Shown: positions 38,961 to 51,900 of the stretch, one piece after another
How positions within the stretch are numbered: position 1 is the first letter of the stretch
How the letters are laid out: each line of letters starts with the position of its first letter
DNA from: Hypanus sabinus
Lineage: Eukaryota
Direction: 5' to 3'
DNA length: 64,000 nt
Assembly: GCF_030144855.1 (NCBI RefSeq)
Contig: NC_082717.1
Location: 3,720,001 to 3,784,000, forward strand
Notes under the pieces: model-generated
Databases searched by the model: none
Seen by the model: the letters and a program-made list of their open reading frames with translations, nothing else
What the model was told of the DNA's origin: nothing
Position numbers and translations under genes: made by a program

Positions 38961-39847
38961 AGCTCGTGTGCAGCATCTTCTAGGCTAATGATTCAGTGCA
39001 AAGCTGCTTTCAGTTGGCTATTCCATAAACTTTTCAATTGGGAGTAAAGGATTAATCAAAGAACTTCCTGTATGTTCTTTCGTTTACTCATGATCACAGG
39101 TGTGAATTCAACCAAGGTCAAGTGGATGAGAATTTGAGAGTCTTTGCTCATGTGTCCTTTTCGAATGGAGATGAGGAGATATTTCTCTAGCCAGAGAGTG
39201 GTGAATCTGTGAAATTCATTGCTACAGGCAGCTGTGGATGCTACGTTTTATGTATATTTAAGGCAGACATTGGAAGTTTCTTGATTCGTCAGTGTACGTT
39301 TGCTCCTGTATCTTATGATCATATGTTATTGGTCTTGGTGAAATTCTGCTATTAATTTTGCACTAATAGTAACCAACCTTAGAGAATGTGCATAAATTGA
39401 GACTTTTTTGAAGCCAACTCAAGATTAATTGTATGCCAGTCAGTGACAGTGCCCTGTAGCAAACTGTCTTCTGATTTGAAGCAGATATTCAGTGCTTAAG
39501 TTTGGATTGTTTGGATACAGGATCTGACTGGAATTGAGACCTTAATAGAGTAGAGATTTTTGCTCCATTTCACTCTCTTGGTATGGTCTGACTGTCAGTA
39601 ACTTAGGACAAAGTTATAACGAATTTCCTTTCATGTAGCTTGTGAATCTTTATCCTTCTCTATCTCAGAGGATGAGGAATGTTTATTTGTCTGCATACAT
39701 TAAAGAGAAGTGAAAAGGCAGGACTGGAGTTGCTGTTGAGGATGATGAAATGATTGATGACTCCCTTGTCCTGCATTGGGAATCATTGTTGAACATAACT
39801 ATCATGTGAAGTAATTCCCGATATGAGCACTGAAATGAACCTTTTAC

Positions 39848-39891
39848 CTGTAACTGTGGCATACACTGTGTTCAGATCTTCAGTAGAGCAC
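39848..39891 (-). CDS. Receptor cytoplasmic micro-exon (CSTEDLNTVYATVT), ITSM
   Basis: Acceptor cttcaccgtttccccag, donor cag|gtaaaa; phase 2 to 1; TVYATV. Confidence 0.8.
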
Positions 39892-39939
39892 CTGGGGAAA
39901 CGGTGAAGAAGATAATGTTAGTGAATTAGTTATACAGAA

Positions 39940-40690
39940 TATAGAACATAGAAACCTACAGCACATTACAGGCCCTTCAGCCCACAATGTTGTGCCAAAC
40001 ATGTAACCTATGCTAGAAACTGCCTAGAGTTTCCTTAGTGCATAGCCCTCTATTTTTCTAAACTCTATGTACCTACCTAAGAGTCTCTTAAAAGACCCTA
40101 TTGTATCCACCTTTACAACCATCGCTAGCAGTGCATTCCACGCACCAACCACTTTCTGTTTGAAAAACTTACCTCTGACATCCCCCTTGTACCTACTTCC
40201 AAGCACCTTAAAACTACGCCCCCTTTCAGCCCGGGAAAATGGCTATCCTCTTGATCAATGCCTCTCATCATCTTATACACCTCTATCCAGTCACCTCTCA
40301 TCCTCCATTGCTTCAGGGAGAAAAAGCCAAGTTCACTTAAGGCATGTTCCCCAATTCTGCACTCTCTCTGTAGTATCCACATCCTTCCCGTTAGTGAGAT
40401 GACGAGAACTGGACACAGTATTCCAAGTGGGGGACTAACTAAGGTCTTTTATAGCTGTAATGTTACCTCACAGCTCTTGAACTCAATCTCATGGTTGATG
40501 AATGCTAACACTCCATACACCTTCTTAAAAACACTGTCAACCTGTGCTGCAGCTTTGAGTGTCCTGTGGACATGGACCCCAAGACCTCTCAGATCGTCCA
40601 CACTGCCAAGAGTCTTACCATTTATACTATATTCTGTCTTCAAATTTGACCTACCAAAATGAACCACTTCATACTTATCTGGGTTGAACA
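39940..40690 (-). mobile_element. CR1 3' fragment
   Basis: ORFs 40449-40691, 40125-40382 and 40024-40206 carry CR1 RT C-terminal motifs. Confidence 0.8.
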
Positions 40691-41147
40691 TTTGCCACTG
40701 ATAAATATTAATGTCTTAATAATAACAACAATTTTTAATGAAAAGTTAAAGTACTCAGACTATTTCTCCCAGCATAATGAAGTTTTGTGAAAGCAACAGT
40801 TGTCTGTTTCATGTCGATTTTAGTAATCCTGATGGAATTGAGAAACTCTCAATCTCAACAGGGTTGCCAGCATTAAGATAAGAATGGATTAGATGATTTC
40901 GATAACACTGGATACTGCAGATGCTGAAAATCCAAAGTAATACACACAAAATACTGTGGAAATTCAGAAGATCAGGCAGCATCTGTGGAGAAGAATAAAC
41001 AGTTGACATTTTGGGCTAGAAGGGAATAGGGAAGACACCAGAGTAAACATGTGGAGAGTGGGGAAGGAGGACAAACTAGAAAGTGTCCAGTTCCACTTCT
41101 GCATGTGAAAATATCCAGGATCTGCTAATGTATAAATTGGAGCTCAC

Positions 41148-41172
41148 ATTCTATTGTCAGCAAACATTCATC
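41148..41172 (-). CDS. Candidate 25-nt receptor micro-exon (DECLLTIE)
   Basis: Acceptor ctcatctcggctacag, donor |gtgagc; open only in phase 0 to 1, and the phase does not join the 39891 exon directly. Confidence 0.4.
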
Positions 41173-42301
41173 CTGTAGCCGAGATGAGGTATCAGCAGGT
41201 CAGCTCAGGTACCTGGTCAGCACAGAGGCTGATGTTAATACGGGTATATTGGATAGAGTCTTACTGTACAGAAACACCCTGTACAGACTGACCCATCTCT
41301 TCATCAATTCCATTTCCAGCCCTTCGTTGATGGCCCTGATAATTCAAAGACTCATTGAGATACTTCTCAATGGGAGCGTAATGCTTCACACAACACTTTA
41401 CAGTACCAGTGACCTCGGTTCCATTCCCGTCGCTGTCCGCAAGGACTTTGTACATTGTCCCCATGACAGTGTGAGTGTTCTCCAGGTGCTCCTGTATCCT
41501 TCCACAGTCCAAAGACATTCTGGTTGGGAGGTTAATTGGTGACCGTCCTCGTGATTAGTGTGGAATTTAAATCAGGGGTTTGCTGGGCAGCACAGCTCGA
41601 AGGGCCGGAAGGGCCTATTCTGTTCCGTATCTCAATAGATAAATAAAATGTTGTGAGAGGCTCTTCCTCCACCACTCTCTCAGGCAGAGCATTCCAATCT
41701 CCAGCTACCCTCTGGGTGGAAAAGTTGATTTTATATCCCTCTGAGCTGTCTCAGCTGGAAAAGTTGACAGTTTATTCCTCTCCATAGATGCTGCCTGACC
41801 TGCTGAGTTCCTCCAGCATTTTGTGTCCCTTCTTTCTGTCACACAAAACATTGTCCGTCTCTCAGGTTACTCATCAACCTTCTCTGCTCAAGGGAAAACA
41901 AATCCAGACTTTCCATTCTTACCCCACAACTGAGGCACTCCATCACTGGTAATATCCGAGTGAACCTTCTCCGCACTTTTTACATCAATGTCCCTGCATT
42001 CCTCAATACTTGTTAGCATCCTGACATTCATTGCATATGCCCCACCCTTCTCCTGATGATCCAAAATGAAGCATTCAATTCCATCTACCATGGCACTGCC
42101 CAGACGGCCTGCTGATCAACATTCCTTATCTTCCACACTGCCAAATTTGAGTCAAGTGCTAATTCCAGCAGTTTCTGTTCAGCAGAAGATGGCAACGGTA
42201 AAGCAGCATTGATAATGATGGGACTGAGACACACGTGGAGATATTGGAGAAAAGGAGCGAAACAGCCTGACTGACTGGCTTTAGGGAGTGGTGATCCTCA
42301 C

Positions 42302-42338
42302 TGGGACACACTGACTTTTACTCCTTTTCACCTTGTAG
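42302..42338 (-). CDS. Receptor juxtamembrane exon (YKVKRSKSQCVP)
   Basis: Acceptor ttttgtttatttag, donor cca|gtgagg; phase-2 start completes Gly from the TM exon; basic residues. Confidence 0.7.
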
Positions 42339-42693
42339 CTAAATAAACAAAATGAACAAAAACGTCCTTAAATCAGACATGCCTGTATTAATTATTCATT
42401 CTCAGAGACCTTGTGAAGGGAGTTCACTGTCACCTTCAATTGCTACAGTCTGTCCAGTGAACAATTTATTTCATGTGAGGTGATCTGGGGTTCAAAGTCA
42501 TCGACAATGAAGGAATGACATTGTATCTCCAAGTGAGGGTTGTGTTGGCCCTCTGCTGGTATTCCACGTGCTCGATGTCCTTCTGGGTGACAGAGGTCGG
42601 GGCTTTACACAAGAGCTTTCAAAGGAAGTGATGAAGGGATCAGCAGTGGAAAGAGTGAGCAGCTTTACGTTCCTCGGTGTCAGCATCTCAGAA

Positions 42694-42935
42694 GGTGGCA
42701 GCATGGTAGTGTAGTGGTTAGCACAACGCTTTACAGTATCAGTGACCCAGGTTCAATTCCCACTGCTGACTGTACGGAGTTCACACATTCAACACCGTGA
42801 TGGCGTGGGCTTCCTCTGGATGCTCCCGATTCCTCACACAGCCCGAAGACGTTAACTGATCCTTGTAAATTATTCCATGACTAGGCTGGTTCTGGGCAGC
42901 ATGGCTCAAAGGGCTGCTTCTCAGTAACTAAATAA
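42694..42935 (+). mobile_element. tRNA-derived SINE (related copies at ~41380-41640 +, ~50960-51170 +, ~54870-55050 -)
   Basis: A-box-like TAGTGTAGTGG, B-box GGTTCAATTCC, shared core and A-rich end. Confidence 0.75.
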
Positions 42936-43206
42936 GCAAAAGATCTTCCTGGAGTGTAACACATTGATCCAATCGTGCCATCAGTTCAGTGAAAATAGGA
43001 GTCTGAGGAGATTTGGAATGTCACCAAAAGCTCTTGCAAATTTCTACAGATGGACGGTGGAGAGCATTGTGACTCGTTGTACAACAGACTGATAAAGAGG
43101 CTCCAACACACACATTGTAAGAGGGTTGTAGACTCAGCCAGCTGGGGAACAGAACCACCCCCATCATCGAGGACTATTAAAGAGGCAGGGCCTCAAGAAG
43201 GTGGCA

Positions 43207-45625
43207 TCATCATTCAGGACCCTCACCATCCAGACATCCCCCAGCTTGTGAAATCCATCATTCAGGACCCTCACCATCCAGACATCCCCCGGCTTGTGAA
43301 ATCCATCATTCAGGACCCTCACCATCCAGACATCCTCCAGCTTGTGAAATCCATCATTCAGGACCCTCACCATCCAGACATCCTCCAGCTTGTGAAATCC
43401 ATCATTCAGGACCCTCACCATCCAGACATCCCCCGGCTTGTGAAATCCATCATTCAGGACCCCCACCATCCAGACATCCCCCGGCTTGTGAAATCCATCA
43501 TTCAGGACCCTCACCATCCAGACATCCCCCGGCTTGTGAAATCCATCATTCAGGACCCTCACCATCCAGACATCCCCCGGTTTGTGAAATCCATCATTCA
43601 GGACCCTCACCATCCAGACATCCCCCAGCTTGTGAAATCCATCATTCAGGACCCCCACCATCCAGACATCCCCCGGCTTGTGAAATCCATCATTCAGGAC
43701 CCTCACCATCCAGACATCCCCCGGCTTGTGAAATCCATCATTCAGGACCTTCACCATCCAGACATCCCCCGGCTTGTGAAATCCATCATTCAGGACCCTC
43801 ACCATCCAGACATCCCCCTGGCTTGTGAAATCCATCATTCAGGACCCTCACCATCCAGACAACCCCCTTGTGAAATCCATCATTCAGGACCCTCACCATC
43901 CAGACATCCCCCTTGTGAAATCCATCATTCAGGACCCTCACCTTCCAGACATCCCCCGGCTTGTGAAATCCATTATTCAGGACCCCCACCATCCAGACAT
44001 CCCCCTTGTGAAATCCATCATTCAGGACCCTCACCTTCCAGACATCCCCCGGCTTGTGAAATCCATTATTCAGGACCCTCACCATCCAGACATCCCCCGG
44101 CTTGTGAAATCCATCATTCAGGACCCTCACCACCCAGACATCCCCCGGCTTGTGAAATCCATCATTCAGGACCCTCACCATCCAGACATCCCCTGGCTTG
44201 TGAAATCCATCATTCAGGACCCTCACCATCCAGACATCCCCCTTGTGAAATCCATCATTCAGGACCCTCACCATCCAGACATCCCCCTTGTGAAATCCAT
44301 CATTCAGGACCCTCACCATCCAGACATCCCCTGGCTTGTGAAATCCATCATTCAGGACCCTCACCACCCAGACATCCCCCGGCTTGTGAAATCCATCATT
44401 CAGGACCCTCACCATCCAGACATCCCCCGGCTTGTGAAATCCATCATTCAGGACCTTCACCATCCAGACATCCCCCGGCTTGTGAAATCCATCATTCAGG
44501 ACCCTCACCATCCAGACATCCCCCTGGCTTGTGAAATCCATCATTCAGGACCCTCACCATCCAGACAACCCCCTTGTGAAATCCATCATTCAGGACCCTC
44601 ACCATCCAGACATCCCCCTTGTGAAATCCATCATTCAGGACCCTCACCATCCAGACATCCCCCGGCTTGTGAAATCCATCATTCAGGACCCTCACCATCC
44701 AGACATCCCCCGGCTTGTGAAATCCATCATTCAGGACCCTCACCACCTAGACATCCCCCGGCTTGTGAAATCCATCATTCAGGACCCTCACCATCCAGAC
44801 ATCCCCTGGCTTGTGAAATCCATCATTCAGGACCCTCACCATCCAGACATCCCCCTTGTGAAATCCATCATTCAGGACCCTCACCATCCAGACATCCCCC
44901 TTGTGAAATCCATCATTCAGGACCCTCACCACCCAGACATCCCCTGGCTTGTGAAATCCATCATTCAGGACCCTCACCATCCAGATATCCCCCTTGTGAA
45001 ATCCATCATTCAGGACCCTCACCATCCAGACATCCCCCGGCTTGTGAAATCCATCATTCAGGACCCTCACCATCCAGACATCCCCCGGCTTGTGAAATCC
45101 ATCATTCAGGACCCTCACCATCCAGACATCCCCCAGCTTGTGAAATCCATCATTCAGGACCCTCACCATCCAGACATCCCCCGGCTTGTGAAATCCATCA
45201 TTCAGGACCCTCACCATCCAGATATCCCCCTTGTGAAATCCATCATTCAGGACCCTCACCATCCAGACATCCCCCGGCTTGTGAAATCCATCATTCAGGA
45301 CCCTCACCATCCAGACATCCCGCAGCTTTTGAAATCCATCATTCAGGACCCTCAACATCCAGACATCCCCCGGCTTGTGAAATCCATCATTCAGGACCCT
45401 CAACATCCAGACATCCCCCAGCTTGTGAAATCCATCATTCAGGACCCTCAACATCCAGACATCCCCCGGCTTGTGAAATCCATCATTCAGGACCCTCAAC
45501 ATCCAGACATCCCCCAGCTTGTGAAATCCATCATTCAGGACCCTCAACATCCAGACATCCCCCGGCTTGTGAAATCCATCATTCAGGACCCTCACCATCC
45601 AGACATCCCCCGGCTTGTGAAATCC
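43207..45625. repeat. ~48-bp minisatellite (TTGTGAAATCCATCATTCAGGACCCTCACCATCCAGACATCCCCCGGC), ~50 copies
   Basis: Unit read directly, with 45- and 49-bp variants; arises inside a Rex1-like fragment at the SIIxDPHHP codons. Confidence 0.97.
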
Positions 45626-45779
45626 ATCTTGTGTCTTGCTTTTCAGCTAGGATAAGGAGCTATGTTGTCGAAATTGGGAATGTTGTGTCAGCCAGTCAGG
45701 AGTGGGATGGCATGGAACATTCTGAGAGCTGGATGGGAAGACTTTTCTGAAGGACGTTTGTCCAGTTTGGTGTCTTTTG

Positions 45780-46600
45780 TCAAGTCAAGTCACTTTTATT
45801 GTCATTTTGACCATAACTGCTGGTACAGTGCATAGTAAAAACGAGACAACGTTTTTCAGGACCATGGTGCTACATGACACAGTACAAAAACTAGACTGAA
45901 CTATGTAAAAAACAACACAGAGTGAGAAAAAAAAAACTACACTAGACTACTGACCTACCCAGGACTGCATAAAGTGCACAAAACAGCGCAGGCATTGCAA
46001 TAAAAAATAAGCAGGACAATAGGGCAGTAGGGTGTCAGTCCAGGTCTGGGTATTGAGGAGTCTGATAGCTTGGGGGAAGAAATTGTTACATAGCATGGTC
46101 GTGAGAGCCCGAATGCTTTGGTACCTTTTTCCAGATGGCAGGAGGAAGAAGAGATTGAATGAGGGGTGCATGGAGTCCTTCATAATGCTGTTCGCTTTAC
46201 AGGTGCAGCGTGTAGGGTAAATGTCTGTAATGGCGGGAAGAGAGACCCCGAAGATCTTCTCAGCTGACCTCACTATCCGCTGCGGGGTCTTGCGATCCGA
46301 GACGGTGCAATTTCCAAACCAGGCAGTGATGCAGCTGCTCGGAATGCTCTCAATACAACCCCTGTAGAATGTGATGAGGATGGGGGGGGGTGGGAGATGG
46401 ACTTTCCTCAGCCTTCGCAGAAAGTAGAGACGCTGCTGGGCTTTCTTTGCTATGGAACTGGTATTGAGGGACCAGGTGAGATTCTCCGCCAGGTGAACAC
46501 CAAGAAATTTGGTGTTTTTTACCATCTCTACCGAGGAGCCGTCGGTGTTCAGCGGGGAGTGATCGCTCCGTGCTCTCCTGAAGTCAACAACCTTCCCTTT
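45780..46600 (-). mobile_element. Rex1/Babar-like LINE 3' fragment
   Basis: ORF 45947-46627 [42 protein letters not shown]. Confidence 0.88.
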
Positions 46601-47611
46601 TGGTTGTAGGTGCGGAGAGAAGAGCACCAGGGAAGACGCCTGGAGGATCCCATTCTAAGGGGAGACCCTATTGCAAAGAGTGCTTCATGAGGCAGAGGAG
46701 TCCAAGAAGGGAAGTTCTACCTGTCGTTGGTGAGGAGAACTCACCATTGTGAGTGAAGCTACTCCCAGCTGCTACAGAAATGAACTCCAATGTTTATGTG
46801 TACATTTAGACTGGCTTAAGTGTAATGGGCCGATTTACCTCTCTTCTTCTTTCTCTGTTAACTGTTTGATACAGTTGAAAATTCGTAAATATTCTTTATA
46901 ATGTTATGCTGGTGTACGATCTGTCATTTCCGGGCTACCGATAATTGTGTATGGGCAGTATTTACACATCATTCATTCAAATCAAACCATATAACAATTA
47001 CAGCACAGAAACAGGCTATCTCAGCCCTTCTAGTCCATGCTGACACTTACTCTCACCTAGTCCCACTGACCCGCACTCAGCCCATAACCCTCCATTCCTT
47101 ACCTGTCCATATGCCTATCCAGTTTTATTTTAAATGATTATTTTAAATGACAATACCAAACCTGCCTCTACCACTTCTACTGGAAGCTTGTTCCACACAG
47201 CTACCACACTGTGAGTAAAGAAATTCCCCCTCGTGTTACCCTTAAACTTTTGCCCCCTAACTCTCAACTCATGTCCTCATTCAAAGTTCATTAAATCAGA
47301 ATTTCTCGACGTCCCTCTTTGGTTGAACCCCAAATCAAACCCACCCTCGCCACGTATTGGCTTTGAAAGATGGCCTTCTCATCACTGAGTCATGTGGCTG
47401 TTAGCAGAGTCAGCTAACGGGATAAGTTGGTGCATGAGGCCTGGTGAGAGGCTTGCATATATAAAATTTTAAGTTAAATAAGTAGTGCAAAAAGAGAAGC
47501 TAAAAAGTAGTGAGGTGGTGTTCATGTGTTCACTGTCCATTCAGAAATCTGATGGTGGAGGAGAAGAAGCTGTTCCTGAAACGTTGAGTCTGTCTTCGGG
47601 CTCTTGTACCA

Positions 47612-48034
47612 CGGCCTGTAATGAGCTCTTCAGGCCTGTGTGGGGCGCTGGAGAGCACTGGGCTTTGAGGTTTCCCAAGCACCTGAATTAGTTCGTTGTT
47701 GTTTAATGAGAATTACCAATTACTTACAGTTGTTTGTTTTTCTCGAGCAACTCACACTTTGTCATGCTTTCTCCTGTTGCTGTCTGCTTAAGCTTGTTAA
47801 GTTTATTTTGATCAGCTCAGGGATTCTGCATTACTTGTATTATTTAAGTGGATGCTCTATTCGTGCTGATTGCTGGGTCCTGGTTTCGAGAATGTTGCTT
47901 CTCACTGTGTTGCTCGACCGAGCCACCGATGTTCTTTTGGAATTATTATGAATAAACTCTGGTCACCGTCCCTACGTCAGTGTCCGTCTTTCCTCTGCAC
48001 TTGGGTTCTGATCTTGCCAGTGAAAACTGTGACA
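47612..48034 (+). mobile_element. Probable solo LTR inside a Rex1-like remnant
   Basis: AATAAA at about 47952 followed by a CTGCACTTGGGTTC...GTGACA LTR-type end; TSD not clear. Confidence 0.5.
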
Positions 48035-48793
48035 TCTCCTTGACAGTAGCAATGAAATGTGGGCAAGTCCTGGGTGATGAGGGTCCTTAGTGTCAGTGCC
48101 AGTTTTCAGAAACGTCGTTTCTTGAAGGTGTCCTGGATACTGGAGAGGTTGTGCCCATGATGGAGCTGGCTGAGACCATGAACCTGAAGATCCACACACG
48201 ATTCAGAAATGGTTTCTAAAGTCTGCCATCAGATTTCTGAATGGTCTGTTGACACTTTTGTTATTCATTGTTTCACACTTTTCATTTTGAATTTACAATA
48301 ATTTTATGTGTTTGCACTGCATGCTGACCAATACTGACCCTTCCATAGTAATCCCATCGCCTGTCACCTTGTCCATCGCCCTCTTCGCCTAAGTGTTCAT
48401 TGTTAGTGCTGTCACTGCCTGTTTCAACCTCTCTCTCGGGCAATGTGTTCTGGTACTCCCACTCTCTGGTTGAAGAGGCCCTGGCATATCCCCTTTAAAT
48501 CTCTTCCCCTCACCATGTTCTCAAATTTTATCAACCCCTGATATGGGGATGAGTTTTCTGCAGTCTATACCCTATCTACTCCCCTCATAACTTTGTACAC
48601 CTCAATCACCCCCTTGAGCTCCTGGCCAAGGGAGACCAGACTCAGCTTCTCCTGTCTCTCATCATTACTGAACTGATTCGTCCCAGACAACATCCTGGTG
48701 GAGATTCTGTGTTCTCTGACTGTTTCATTCAGTTTCAATTCCTTGTTTGATTCAATATCGTTGAAACAAGATACAAAATAAAATGTTATTTAC

Positions 48794-48938
48794 CCTTCTG
48801 GCTTCAATCTCTGTTGAAAACATGCCCATTTTTTCACATAGCATATTACTGTTACTAGGATGCAGAATAAGAGGATGAGTACGAGGATACTGGTGAGAAT
48901 ACTGGCCAAGACTTTCCAAGACCCACCTTCAGCTGCTT
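48794..48938 (-). CDS. Receptor stalk/transmembrane exon (AAEGGSWKVLASILTSILVLILLFCILVTVICYVKKWACFQQRLKPE)
   Basis: Acceptor tctttgctatttttcag, donor agg|gtaaat; 145 nt, phase 1 to 2; ~25-residue uncharged hydrophobic stretch followed by KK. Confidence 0.9.
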
Positions 48939-51900
48939 CTGAAAAATAGCAAAGATTGATGTACAGTTTAACACCGGTAATGTGAATTGTCCTTTGAATG
49001 ACAGGTTTAATATGTGAACATTGGAGGCTGATAGTTCTCCCTCATTTACAGTCAGTAAGGGAGGAGAGCACCGTGCTGAAGGATGGACTTACTGAGCTGC
49101 TATTGTGGGAAGGAACGAAACATCAAGATGATCAATAATAATATCTTATTTAAAGAACAACTTACATCCAAACAATGTGGACAATGGGATAAGGAACAAG
49201 CATGAAAATAAAAAATATATAATTATGAAAATAGATGAGAAGCATGGTTAAATAAATGGGTTTTGTTCAGTGTTTAAAAGTGTCAACTGAGTCTGCATCC
49301 ACTCCAGTTTAGGCTTTGAATTCCACAGTTATGAGCATAGTTCGAGAAAGGTGATCTGCCAGTTATCTTTATATTTAAGAGGCCAGCGGAAGAAGACCAG
49401 AGAACTCGATCAGGATTATAAAACAAAAATGACTCTGTGATGTACTCCGGCCCCAGACTATTAAGAGTTTTACAAACAAATAAGAGAACTTTAAAACCAA
49501 GTTTTAAACATCCAGGAAGCCAGTAGCTAGCTTGGCAGTGATACGTTCTCCCAGTGGCAGTGTTCTGAATGAGCTGAAGTTTGAACATTAATAACTCTGG
49601 CTAGTTTCTGTAATGACCCCCTCCATCTGCAACATTAGTTTATTGCTCTCATTTTAATTAAGCATGCAGGTTGTGAAACTCCAAGGGCAGTGACGCTAAT
49701 GTTTGCCTCACCAATGAATTCCCCGGTGGCCTCCAGCACTGACCAGTACAGAGTGGGATAAAAACAGAAGACGTTGGAAAAACTCAGTCACTCAGGCAGC
49801 CTCAGTGGAAAGGAAAATGGTCAATATTTTCAAATTTCACAAGATTGAATAAGTTAGCACTTTATTCCTTGGAACATAGAAGATTAAGAGAAGATTTGAT
49901 AGAGGTATGCAACATTATCAGGGATTTCAATAGGTTAAATGGAAGCAGGCCTTTTCTACTGAGGTTCAGTGGGACTACAACCAGAGGTCATGGGTTAAGG
50001 ATGAAAGGTGAAAGTTCAAGGGAAACCTCTTCACTCAGAGGGTCGTGAGAGTGTGGAAGGAGCTACCAGCACAAGTGGTGAATGTGATCTCTATTTCAAT
50101 TTTTAAGAGAAAATTGGATAGGTCCATGGAGAGCTATCGTCCTGGTGCTGGTCGATGGGAGTAGGAAGTTTAAATGATTCTGGAAGGACTAGATGGCCCA
50201 AAGGGCTTGTTTCTGTGCTGTACTTTTCTATGACTCTTAGACTTTATTTCTGGTTGAAGATTCCTCATCAGAACTGGAAAGAAGACAGAGAAAGGACTGG
50301 CTCAAATAGAATGTCTGTAATTGAGTGAAATGACAGTCATTAATGGATAGGTGATTTCCCACCTTTTCCACCCATCACCTGCAAGTTTTTTACTTCATTG
50401 ACCCTCCCGCTACCCCCACCCCTTAACCTGGCTTCATCTATCACCTTCTAGCTTGTCCTCCCCTTCCCCGTCCATCTTTTTATTCTGCCGTTTGCCCCTT
50501 TCCTTTCCAGTCCTGTAAAAGGGTCTCAGCCTGATACATTGACTGCTTTTTCTTCATTTCCATTGTCTGACCTGCTGAGTTCCTCCAGTGCTTTGTGTGT
50601 GCTAATGGAGAATTAAGCTACTTTGTGTATCATGTTGCTAATGTTATAAAGTCTGTTGGTGTTATACAGTCTGGTCTACTGGTTCGGTGCAGATGACCAA
50701 AGTATACAAGGGAAAGAAAAGAATCGTGACAAATATTAGACTTGATTCAAGAAGAAAGAAAGTAAATTATCTGAAGTTGGTGAAGTTCATTCTAAGTCCT
50801 GCAGGTTGTAATATGTCCAGATAATAAATCTGTTGTCCCTCAGCATACATCACCCCGATAACAATGCAGGAGCCCAGCACAATGCTTACTCACCTGATTC
50901 AACACAAACGGTATATTTCAAAGTTCAAAATAAATTTATTATCAAAGTACATTGTGTCAGCAAGGTAGCATAGTGGTGAGCATACTGGTTTACAGAACCA
51001 GCGATCTGGGTTCAATTCCCACTGCTGCCTGTAAGGAGATTGTAAATTCTCCCTGTTTCCTCCGGGTGCTCCGGTTTCCTCCCAAAGTCAAAGGTTGGTG
51101 TGTTAATTGGTCATTGTAAACTGTCCCGTGATTAGGCTCGGGTTGAGTTGTGGGATTGCTGGGTGACATGCTCTGTACACCAATAAATAAAGTTTGACAA
51201 CTCACCCACCAGTGATCTGTCAACCAGCATGTTTTTGGACAGTGAGAGGAAGCCATTGTAACCACAGGGAGAGAAAGCAAACACTACACTGACTGCACTG
51301 AAGGTCACGGTTCAAGCCAGGACACTGGAACGGTGAGGCCGCCGTTCTACTCACTGTGACATTGTGTTGGTTTGTGGGTTGTGAGGTGACTGCTGACACT
51401 CTGTCACTGATGGGGAGGGGCAACTGCTCAGTTCAGTGTTTCTCCCTCTGTTTACACAGACGTTTGTACACTTCCTCTGCATGGACTGACGGTTCTAATT
51501 GTCTCTCTGTCTCCACTTTGACCAGTCAGTCATCTGCCAGTGACTTCCTGGGGGTCAGTGGGGACGCTGCACTTTACCAGGCGGTTTGAGTACATTCTTG
51601 ATTCTCTGTCCTTTGTTCGCCTGTAATCTTTACCCATTACAGAGCTCAGAATGGTTTCTCAGAAACACAGGAGATTCTGCAGATGCTGGAGGTCCAGAGT
51701 AACACACACAACGAGCTGGGGGAACTAGTGAAATAAAGATGAGAAGCCGTGACTGGGAGCTCGGTGTCTAACCCCCTGTACTGTTATAATGTAGATCAGA
51801 GCAATCTTCAGTAACAACACCTCATCTTCCCATTGGGCACATTGCAGCATTTGGGACTCTCTGTTAAATTCCACAACTTCCTGCAACTTGATTTCTCAGT

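Noticed and set aside
40750-40830. Candidate for the missing cytoplasmic exon
   Set aside because: Good acceptor, but the required phase-1 frame has stops and there is no GT consensus donor
43050-45750. Long ORFs of 494, 641, 374 and 283 aa
   Set aside because: Stop-free translations of the 48-bp minisatellite on both strands; no domain, start context or splice support
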